Part shown: positions 27,341 through 37,124 of the stretch, piece by piece
Layout of the letters: every line of letters begins with the position of its first letter
Position numbering within the stretch: position 1 is the first letter of the stretch
NCBI RefSeq assembly: GCF_002113885.1
Contig: NW_018408813.1
Span: 444,395 to 508,394, forward strand
Length of the DNA: 64,000 nt
Reading direction: 5' to 3'
Source of the DNA: Mizuhopecten yessoensis
Taxonomy: Eukaryota
Notes under the pieces: model-generated
Database searches by the model: none
Seen by the model: only the letters and a program-made list of their open reading frames with translations
What the model was told of the DNA's origin: nothing
Program-made: the position numbers and the translations under genes

Positions 27341-28184
27341 TATATATAGTACATTGTAATCTGAGGTCAATACGACAGGTCATTGTGGTCGGACTACACC
27401 TTTACACCGCCACAGATCAAGATGAATTCTCCTCTGTCCAAAATACAGAGATACATTAACAAGCACCTCATACAGACGTGATGTGCATCTTTAAACAATT
27501 TCACAGAAATACTTCTTATTAGATAAAATAAATCAAGCAAATGACATAGAAACAACCCTCCCAATAAAAGCATGTTTTATCAAGTAGTTCAGTCTGCTAA
27601 CTGGTTTGAAAATTTGATACAGTGTATTTCCTGGAATTTGCACTGGTTCAGGTTGTTTATATACTTGTTAAGGTATTTTAACCTATGATGTTTTATACAT
27701 GTACAAGTTAAACAAGTTTTGTTTTAGGTTTTCTGACATGTAACCATCCGATAGACCTAAAAACTAAAAACTAAATCTATAACCTGAGTGAGATGGGATT
27801 GTCTCAGTTGAAAACTAAAATTCTGTGATAAAATCTCTACCAAGGTGAAAGACAATGGAGTCCGGCTGCAGATCACAGCTTCAGTATCATCCCGTGCGAG
27901 TTATGTACACCTTATCTCGAAACCGTGGCTCATGTAGAATCGTCCTGTAGGAAACCCTTTTGGAGTCGTCTACTTGCCTTTTACTCTGCCAATCTACTTT
28001 GACACATCATGGACCTGTTTTATCTATTCACACAATTTAGTTACTTTCGTTGCCTCTGTCGACATTGCAAATTAACTTTTTTAACCACTTGGCACTATGC
28101 CATCTTAGTATTTGATACGCTGAAATTAAAATTAAAAAAGAAACCCCTACCCAGTCCCAGTTACCCCTTTCCTCTGGTATTGTT

Positions 28185-28420
28185 ACCGCAGTGGTCTAAA
28201 GCTTTGGAATATGTAGTTCATTGATGTGTGACCGCTAGTGGACCGCAAACAAATGTCATTGTTGAGGTTCGAGTAGTACTGTAGAATGTCCTGGTAAATC
28301 ACTCTGGTGACCCGATGTTTCTCTCCCTGCAATAAGGCTTCCTCCACCAATTAAAAGTCAGGTCTGCCGTGACTCCGCACGAGCGTTCCCGTGCTGGTGT
28401 TGGTGGTGGTCAAGGTGGTT
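28185..28420 (+). mobile_element. Diverged tRNA-derived (V-like) SINE
   Basis: CCGCAGTGGTCTAAAGC (A-box-like), GGTTCGAG (B box), GGCTTCCTCCACCAA (V-domain-like). Confidence 0.4.
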
Positions 28421-28467
28421 GTACATTGTAATTCACGAATGAATATAGTGAAGATTAAAATGTGTTG

Positions 28468-29127
28468 GGGGAGTGTCAGGGAAGTAACAGGGGAGTGTCA
28501 GGGGAGTGTCAGGGGAGTGTCAGGGGAGGGTCAGGGGAGTGTCAGGGGAGTGTCAGGGGAGGGTCGGGGGAGTGTCAGGGGAGTGTCAGGGTAGTATCAG
28601 GGAAGTGTCGGGGGAGTGTCGGGGGAGTATCAGGGAAGTGTCAGGGGAATGTCGGGGGAGTGTCAGGGAAGTGTCGGGGGAGTGTCAGGGGAGTATCAGG
28701 GAAGTGGCAGGGGAGTGTCGGGGGAGTGTCAAGGGAGTATCAGAGAAGTGTCAGGGGAGTATCAGGGAAGTGTCGGGGGAATGTCAGGGGAGTATTAGGG
28801 GAAGGTCAGGGGAGTATCAGGGAAGTGGCAGGGGAGTGTCGGGGGAGTGTCAGGCGAGTCAGGGGGGGGTCAGGGGGGGGTCGGGGGGGGGTCAAGGGGG
28901 GATCAGGGAAGGGTCGGGGGGGGTCAGGGGGGTGTCGGGGGGGGGTCAGGGGGGTGTCGGGGGGGGGTCAGGGGGGGGTCAGGGGGGGGTCGGGGGGGGG
29001 GCAGGGGGGGGTCAGGGGAGTGTCAGGGAAGTGTCGGGGGAGTGTCAGGGGAGTGTCGGGGGAGTGTCAAGGGAGTATCAGGGAAGTGTCGGGGGAGTGT
29101 CAGGCGAGTCAGGGGAGTGTCAGGGGA
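28468..29127. repeat. G-rich 11-bp minisatellite (GGGGAGTGTCA)n, G-quadruplex-prone
   Basis: Direct inspection; centre (~28860-29010) drifts to G7-9 runs. Confidence 0.95.
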
Positions 29128-30239
29128 TCCTTGTTACCATCTCAATATTTAAGTTCTCATTAAAAGGACGATCTGCTGGCGGTTGTTTGTTTACCAATGA
29201 GGTGTCAGTGTAGGCAAAACATTTTCGGAAAGTCAGGTTAGTGGTTCTTAACGTGCGATGTTATCACACCAAATCCTTACCTATATTTGACTGAAACCAT
29301 CATATACAGTAATCGCGTATACCCAACATGTTTTGGAATTGAACCTTTATCCCCGTGTTATGTTGTTTATCTATTAACTTGACCTTGTATTGTATTCACC
29401 ACAAAGTTAAAAGACATTATAATAAATACGATGCGAAAATGATTCATTTATAAATCCAATGTTTTTGTTACATGCTTCAAATTTATTCATTTCTGAAAAT
29501 AATATGTTTCCGCTTTTTGCAGTAGACGATGCCTTAAGCTTGTTATTCAAATATCTATGCACAGAAAAACCTTGGATGCTCGTAGAATACATATGGACAA
29601 AAAGTTCCAGTCTTTTCATTCCGCATACTGTATAAAAAAGCGATAATCTAAAATAAAACGTTGTAGCAGGCAAATCTAATCGATAACGTGGTAATCGGGC
29701 ATACCCGAGCCTCGTGCATTAGATGCAGGTATGAAATCGTGCTGGATCGATATGCATGACCGAGTTGTTTTTCTGTGGGTAGACTTATTGTGCTTACATC
29801 AAACAAAACACGACAGGATACAGACTCATTCATCAACTGATGAGGTCTTAGCTAGATAAGCGTCTTCATAAATCTCTCTGGTTACACAAAAAGTCGGCTA
29901 ATGAAAAAGTATGGCATCTTTGTTTGAAATGCCGTAAAAATTGTCAACTGGTGTCAACATAGAAACGAATCACTGGTGTTGAGATGTTAAAACGAAACCT
30001 AAGCTTGATAAGATCCTTAGAAAAATAGTATTTATATTATCGCTACAAGTCATGTTATTCGACCGGATGCTTACATTGACTATATAACATAAACAGTAGT
30101 TCTTTATAGAAACCACATTATTTCTGAAGGTATCGTTGTCTTCCATAAAACCGAAAGTTGCCATGAAAATACTATCAATAAGAGGTGTTTTTTTCATAGT
30201 GCTCTCTGGTAAGAAATACTAGGTGAACTCATCATTTGA

Positions 30240-32570
30240 GTATGGTAACACTGCCTCATCGCTATCAGAACATCGTCATGGCAACATAGCTTCGTCGCTT
30301 CAGAACATCGTCATGGTTATCGTAATTGTAACCTCGCTTAGTCGCTTAAGGATGTACACCTCTGAGAAGTCAAAAATTTCCTGTAATAAACTTTTTTTCT
30401 TATATGGATTTTTGGAAAAAGGAGTAAATGGCATAGTAGGAAATGCAAAAAAAAACATATGTCCGTGTGCTCGTTTTTGTGCTANTTCATGCAATTTCTT
30501 CCAAGTGTGTTATCAGATATGTATAAATGTTTGTAGAATTGTTGAAAATATTATTTTCTTTTAAATTATGGAAGTAAAATTTCTTAATCTTATTGTTTTA
30601 ACTCGAAAAGCCGATTTTAGTTACCCCTACCCCCTATTTTTTAATGAAAAAATACTCATTTTTTACCATTTTTTTACAGATTAAACGCTTGATATAAAAA
30701 ATTCTGGTATTTAACTTTTTTTAATATTTAATGAATTAAATGAAAACGTGTTTCTCTTTCTAAAACATCTACAAAAATGGGGGGTCAGTGTGCTTCTTTT
30801 TTTGTCCCATTATCATTTGTGTTATTTTTTAGTTTTTTCGGGGTCAAAAATCAAAAGTGCTTCAGTTACACTAAATACGTAAAAAAAATATCAATAATGT
30901 ATAATTTTCCAGTTTGTTGCATATTATTTTTATCATATTGAACATTATAAAGTTGTACAGCAAAAATGAACCTGCTACAATTAAAAATGGCGACACAATG
31001 ACAATTTAAGTGATCAATCTAGTGCCAAAAAAGGTGAAAATTTGGCCTTTTTTGAAGCACAAGATTTACACAATAATACACATTTTCAAAATGGCCGCCG
31101 AATTGGTAATTTTTCAAAATTCTCGTAAAAAAAGTTCTACAAACAACAGGCATCTAGTTTTTTGACATATTTTTTAGATGCGTGTTTGCTAATAAACTTG
31201 ATCATAAGTTGTTAAATATTACAAAAACCCATTACACCAGATCAAAACAAGACTTGAACGTGATTGAAACCTCAGAAGAGTACATCCTTAAGAACATCGC
31301 CATGGTCACCTCTCTTCGTCGCTTCAGGTCATCGCCATGGTAACCCCTCTTCGTCGCTTCAGAATATCACCGCTTCCTCGCTATAAAACATCCTCATGGT
31401 AACACTACCTCATTGCTATCAAAACATCTTCATGGTAATCACGCTTCGTTGCTTCAGAACATGGCCATGGTAACCTATCTTCGTCGCTTCAAAACGTCGC
31501 CATTGTAACCTTTCTTCGTCGCTTCAGAACATCGCAATGGTAACCTCTCTTCGTCGCTTCAGAGCATCACCGCTTCATCGCTGTCAGACCATCTTCATGG
31601 TACATTTGTAACACAGCCTCATCGCTATTAGAACATCGTCATAGCGACATAGCTTCGTCGCTTAATATCATCGTCATGGTAACCTCTCTTCGTCGCTACA
31701 TAACATCACCGCTTCATAGCTATACGAACATTGTCATGGTATGACAGCCTCATCACTGACATCGTCATGGTCGCTTCAGAACATCGTCATGGTAACCTCT
31801 CTTCGTCGCTTCAGAACATCACCGCTTCATCACTGTCAGACCATCGTCATGATAACACTGCATTATCGCTATCAGAACATCGTCATGGTTACCTCTTTTC
31901 GTCTCTTCAGAACATCACCGCTTCATTGCTTTCAGACTATCGTCATGGCAACCTCGCTTCGTCGCTTCAGAACATCTCCATGGTCACCTCTCTTCGTCGG
32001 TTCAGATCATCACCGCTTCATCGGTATCAGACCATCGTCATGGCAACCTCGCTTCGTCGCTTCAGATCATCGTCATGGTAACCTCGCTTCGTCGTTTCAG
32101 AACATCGTCATGGTCACCTCTTTTCGGCGATTTAGAACTTCATCATGACAACATCGCCTCATTGCTATTATACCATCGTCATGGTAATAACGCCTCATAC
32201 TATCAGAACATGTGTATGGTGTTGTCTTAAACTGTATCAGAACATCGCTATGTCGTCCTTGTAACAATGCATATAGAACAGATAAAACGCCATGGTAACA
32301 TCGCTATGTCGTCCTTGTAACAATGCCTATAGAAGAGATACATTGTCATGGTTACATCGCTTTGTCGCTTGTAACAATGCCTATAGAACAGATAAATCGT
32401 CATGGTAACATCGCTTTGTCGTCCTTGTAACAATTCCTAATAAACAGATAAATCGTCATGGTAACATCGCTATGTCGTCCTTGTAACAATGCCTATAGAA
32501 CAGATAAATCATCATGGTAACATCGCTTTGTCGCTTGTAATATAGCTGCATCGTCATGGTAGTATTGCTT
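30240..32570. repeat. Compound satellite: ~35-bp unit (CAGAACATCGTCATGGTAACCTCTCTTCGTCGCTT) switching to a related 56-bp unit after ~32240; interrupted by a MITE
   Basis: Recurrent CATCGTCATGGTAAC; CATGG at 32291, 32347, 32401, 32457, 32513. Confidence 0.9.
30350..31287. mobile_element. TTAA-flanked non-autonomous DNA transposon (Kolobok-like)
   Basis: TTAA-GGATGTACACCTCTGAG ... CTCAGAAGAGTACATCC-TTAA; removing it restores the satellite unit GTCGC-TTAA-GAACATC. Confidence 0.9.
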
Positions 32571-32947
32571 CATCGCTATCGAACTTAGTTACACGGACAT
32601 CGTCATCATAATCTCCTTAAAATGCTACAGGTATATGGTTGCCACTAATAAAATGCTACACTATATGGTTGCCCCTGCCAGGTTTCCATATATCGCGGCA
32701 TGCTATTTTTTATCTTCCCTTTGCTAGAATTTTCTGTTTCCATATCCGCACATGGCCGGAAAGTGACTTCCGTTAATTCAACGCGTTGAAATGGCAAAAT
32801 TACAATAAACTGACTTTTATCTAACAGTCATGTTTTCCTAATCAATATGCGTTCTCCACATCAGCTAATTCATTAAACATGTATGCCTGTATAGCAGTGA
32901 ACTATTTTTAAAATAATCCATTACCCTAATGACAAACGGAAACTATG

Positions 32948-33004
32948 AGTAGTAGGAAAGTGCCGCTTTTGGCCCAGTCCCAAAAGCGGCACTTTCCTAC
33001 TACT
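32948..33004. repeat. Perfect 25-bp inverted repeat with a 7-nt loop
   Basis: AGTAGTAGGAAAGTGCCGCTTTTGG-CCCAGTC-CCAAAAGCGGCACTTTCCTACTACT. Confidence 0.95.
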
Positions 33005-33064
33005 ACTATGAGAAATTAAATTCTCTTCAAAGTTGATTTATGTTTGTTCTTTGTTAGTTTGGTT

Positions 33065-33352
33065 TGTTTGGGGAGTGTAACTGTAGGCTGGTTTTGATAG
33101 GAGACTTGTTGGGGGAGTGTAACTGTAGGCTGTTTTGATAGGAGACTTGTTGAGGGAGTGTTACTGTAGGCTGGTTTTGATAGGAGACTTGTTGGGGGAG
33201 TGTAACTGTAGGCTGTTTTGATAGGAGACTTGTTGGGGGAGTGTGACTGTAGGCTGGTTTTGATAGGAGACTTATTGGGGGAGTGTAACTGTAGGCTGTT
33301 TTTGATAGGAGACTTGTTGGGGGAGTGTAACTGTAGGCTGGTTTTGATAAGA
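33065..33352. repeat. 42-bp minisatellite, ~7 copies
   Basis: Unit GGGGGAGTGTAACTGTAGGCTGGTTTTGATAGGAGACTTGTT. Confidence 0.95.
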
Positions 33353-33834
33353 GACATCATAACTGGAGCCACACTGGAGTAAACACTTCATGACAGGTTT
33401 TGTTGTGTTTGCGGGTTTTTTTTGTGTTTTTTTTTCCATTTCCCGCTTATAGAAAAATATAACATATACATTTGTGTGAGCCAGTCCGTCACGCTTGGTT
33501 TCCATGCAATAACTACGCAAGAAATGGTTCAATTTCAATCAAATATGGGCTGCACATTCATATTGGTAAGTGTCAAAACGTTTGATTGCCGATGTGTTGT
33601 TTTCTTATTTATATTGGCAGTGTCAGGTAGTTTGATTACTAGTTGGATGCATGTATATTTACTCATATATGGTGTGGCCGGAGACTTTCGAGCAGGTTTG
33701 CTTAGGATTGTCACACCTACTGAGCAGTTTGTCTTCACGAAACCACGATAATGAACTACATATATAACATAATGTCCTACAAGCAGATGATGTAAGTGAC
33801 TTGTTATGTTAAGACTCGAAACGTTCTTTTGTAA

Positions 33835-34392
33835 CCCTTGCGGGTGGGGGATCGAGAAAAGAATACACCTGCTGTTACCCACTGCATGTATCATAAGAGG
33901 CGACTAATGTGTGGTTCCCTGCAGAAGTTGCGGATTTCCTTTTGTACCCTCTACTTGGAGACACAAAATAACCAAAGTAAATTTGCTGCACCCATTGCAA
34001 TATTTGGTATCTTAATCTTTCTTTCTACTTCAACTACCTTTAATTTCATAGTGCCTTGATCGGTAACACCTCACTTTTGGCGTTAATGTTGAAAGTTGGC
34101 CGAGGTTTGGAAGGTTATAGGTTCTGACCCCACGCGGGGACAAACCAAAGTCCTTAAAAATGGTACTTGTTATTCCTTGCTTACCATTCAGCAATTGTTC
34201 AGTAAAATGTGACCGGCTGTGCTTGGTAGCTTCGGCATAGTGTTTCAATGAGATAACACTATAAAGTCGGCGTCAGATCCGTGCTATCACAAGGAGGCAT
34301 TAACGCCAACATACACATAGAGGCACGTCCTTAAATGACGTTAATTGACGTTAGCTGTTAATAGGACGTTAAACAAAATAACACCAAACGAA
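33835..34392 (+). mobile_element. Composite SINE: TAAGAGGCGACTAA head, degenerate tRNA-like part, Meta-like core, GGACGTTAAAC/AAAC tail
   Basis: AAAAATGGTACTTG..CAGCA and TGTTTCAATGAGATAACACTATAAA resemble bivalve Meta-type SINE cores (recalled, not searched); second copy at 10818-11150. Confidence 0.7.
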
Positions 34393-34737
34393 CTAAATTC
34401 CTTTTTTTTGGTGAACGTCACCTGCGCATGCTGCTGACCTCTTCTGTTTAGTAGTTATAAGTTTTAGCATCATTTTACGCAGGGTGCAGACACATGATTA
34501 TGAAAAAGATCTACGTCTAAAGATTTGCCATTGCTTATCCTGTATGCCGCCACTTTTCATTAATTTCATTTTAATTTATTGTTTCGTTAATTTGTGAATG
34601 GTCAAAAGTAAAGACAATTTTTGACTTCAGATCGTTTCGTGAACTAGGCGTAAGTTCCATAATTCCAACGTTAATCTCTAATTCCAACTAATTCCCTTCA
34701 TGAAAAAAGCACGACTTAAACAGTGAATGTGAATGTT

Positions 34738-34743
34738 TTTATT
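34738..34743 (-). promoter_or_regulatory. Candidate polyadenylation signal (AATAAA) of the FkbM-like gene
   Basis: TTTATT on plus strand, ~1.3 kb downstream of the stop codon. Confidence 0.4.
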
Positions 34744-35043
34744 AAACAAGTACATGTATATGACATAGCTATTTCACTATTTCACTAGCTATTTGATATC
34801 ATACACTGTGTGTCGTATAAAGCAATGTATTAGAGCAGTAAACAACGTCCCTACTAAATCTCGGATAAAGATCACTTCATGTGCAATTACGTCAGTATCA
34901 TCTACGATATCACCTTAAGTGACATACTCACATGCACATTAATCATTTTGCTTCGCTAAATGACGTGATGTTATAAAACAACATATGACTCACTATAGAA
35001 GTTACATTTGTAGCATAGGACAAGCGTCATAACATATAACATA

Positions 35044-35700
35044 TTATCCTGTACCACAGCAAGATAAGAGCTTCATCACTTCACATACATCTTATCCTGT
35101 ACCGCAGCAAGATAACAGCTTCATCACTTCACATACGTCTTTTCCTGTACCGCAGCAAGATAAGAGCTTCATCACTTCACATACATCTTATCCTGTACCA
35201 CAGCAAGATAAGAGCTTCATCACTTCACATACATCTTATCCTGTACCACAGCAAGATAAGAACCGCATCACTTCACATACGTCTTATCCTGTACCACAGC
35301 ACGATAAGAGTTTCATCACTTCACTTACGTCTTATCCTGTACCACAGCAATATAACAGCTTCATCACTTCACATACGTCTTATCCTGGTCCACAGCAAGA
35401 TAAGAGCTTCATCACTTCGCATACGTCTTATCATGTACCACAGCAAGATAAAAGCTTCATCACTTCACATACGTCTTATCCTGTACCACAGCAAGATAAG
35501 AGATTCATCACTTTACACACGTCTTATCCTGTACCACAGCAAGATAAGAGATTCATCACTTCACGTATGTCTTATCCTGTACCACAGCAAGATAAGAGAT
35601 TCATCACTTCATATACGTCTTATCCTGTACTACAGCAAGATAAGAGCTTCGGCACTTGACATACGTCTTATACTGTACCGCAGCAAGATAAGAGGCTACA
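35044..35700. repeat. 48-bp minisatellite, ~14 copies, each with an internal hairpin; degenerate copies continue to ~35950
   Basis: Unit CTTATCCTGTACCACAGCAAGATAAGAGCTTCATCACTTCACATACGT. Confidence 0.95.
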
Positions 35701-36068
35701 CTTCACGTAAAAACAAGCACGATATAAAAAAGCCACATCCCATTAGTGAACACGTCACATTCTTTACAAGATCACGTTAAGACTTTTACATCGCACTTGC
35801 ACTCACGTTGTATTTTCTACCAAAGCACGATAATACATCACATCTTCAACGAATATACCCCATATCTCCTACCAAAGTACGATAAGGCTATACCGGAAGA
35901 GCACATACGTTATAGTCTCTACCAGATCACAAAAAGAGGCTACATTCACAAACAACTTGTTAGGTCATATCATGCTACAAGTCCCACAACAAGCTGCATT
36001 CCGTTTAAATAGGTCACATGCACTGTGCCATATGAGGTGGGATCAAAACAAGTGCCTTTATGTTTACA

Positions 36069-37124
36069 TCAAATCCGTCGCCAGACAACAGTAGAAGGCC
36101 ATCTCACATACGTTTTTTCTTTGAGCATTGCATCTGAAACCATCGGCTCCATGCCATAACTGTGCAATAGGGATCTCATCTGAAGAGCGCTTAGTTTACG
36201 CCTGTGATTTGTGAACTCTATTATCAAGTAGTCAACACGAACTATGCTGAAGAACCGTTTGGCTCCTTGTAATATCGTTAACTCATCGCCTTCCACTGAC
36301 ATTTTGATCACAACATTTGAGAAATTGAACATTTCCAATAAGTTGTCAAGTGTTATCGTTGGCACCATTTCCCGAGTTTTACCACGTGGCTTCCTTACCT
36401 CATGAACTGTTTCGACTTTAACGCCACCTGCATTTTTAGGACTGACCTTCAAGGTAGCATATCGGTTATCTCGCCAAACAGCATTATGTATTAAAGTAAC
36501 CCGATCTAATAATTTGTTTCTTTTTACTGATGCGCACAATCTTTTAAGACTTTCCTTGACACAGTCGATTGCTATAACATGAGTTCCGGTGAAGGCTGCT
36601 GGAATTGAAAACACTCCCAGATGTGCCCCGATATCAATGAAGACTCGTCTTTTATCTTGAAGTAGCATTTGGTTTATTTGCAAAGAAAGATTCCCTTTCC
36701 ATTCTCCGTGCGATAAAATACTTTCCGAAATCCACTTATCCTCTTCCGGATTGTAAACATACACTGTAATGTTTGAAGAATTTTTTAGAATTCCTTCGGG
36801 ATATATTCCGGGCTTCAGATAACAGTTTTGTGGCTGCTCCGTCCAAATTTTATTATTATACTGTAAAAGTGTTCCTACATGTTGATATTTGACAGTCGGA
36901 AGTTTCGGCGAAGGGGAAATATTTGACCACTGCTTCATAAACAGGAAGTCATTTTTTTGGTATAGCACCGGTTCGCTGGGCAATGTTTCTATGTACTCAC
37001 GAGAAATCAGAAACACAACAAAGGATCCTAGGAAAAGTAGCCCGATTCTTTTCATGCACCTCACTTTATATCTCCAAGGATGTAACACACAGATCTTCAT
37101 TGTGTGGTGTTGAATTAATTTTGT
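36069..37124 (-). CDS. FkbM-family (Methyltransf_21) SAM-dependent methyltransferase, type II membrane protein; main coding exon (in-exon ATG at 37100 gives 343 aa)
   Basis: Motifs FIDIGAHLGVFS, HNAV, NAGG, TITLDNL, KMSVEGDE; N-terminal hydrophobic anchor IGLLFLGSFVVFLI; N-glycosylation sequons; polypyrimidine acceptor with AG at 37125-37126. Confidence 0.9.
   Translation of the reverse strand, partial: TKLIQHHTMKICVLHPWRYKVRCMKRIGLLFLGSFVVFLISREYIETLPSEPVLYQKNDFLFMKQWSNISPSPKLPTVKYQHVGTLLQYNNKIWTEQPQNCYLKPGIYPEGILKNSSNITVYVYNPEEDKWISESILSHGEWKGNLSLQINQMLLQDKRRVFIDIGAHLGVFSIPAAFTGTHVIAIDCVKESLKRLCASVKRNKLLDRVTLIHNAVWRDNRYATLKVSPKNAGGVKVETVHEVRKPRGKTREMVPTITLDNLLEMFNFSNVVIKMSVEGDELTILQGAKRFFSIVRVDYLIIEFTNHRRKLSALQMRSLLHSYGMEPMVSDAMLKEKTYVRWPSTVVWRRI

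Noticed and set aside
28391-29213. Glycine-rich ORFs resembling structural proteins
   Set aside because: 11-bp G-rich repeat open in all three plus frames; no signal peptide or gene structure
29830-29880. Hammerhead ribozyme core (CTGATGA; also near 12616, 22508, 45033, 45183)
   Set aside because: No stem II followed by GAAA, and no stems I/III found by eye
23400-35700. CRISPR-like appearance of the 35-48-bp arrays
   Set aside because: No unique spacers, no cas genes, eukaryotic context
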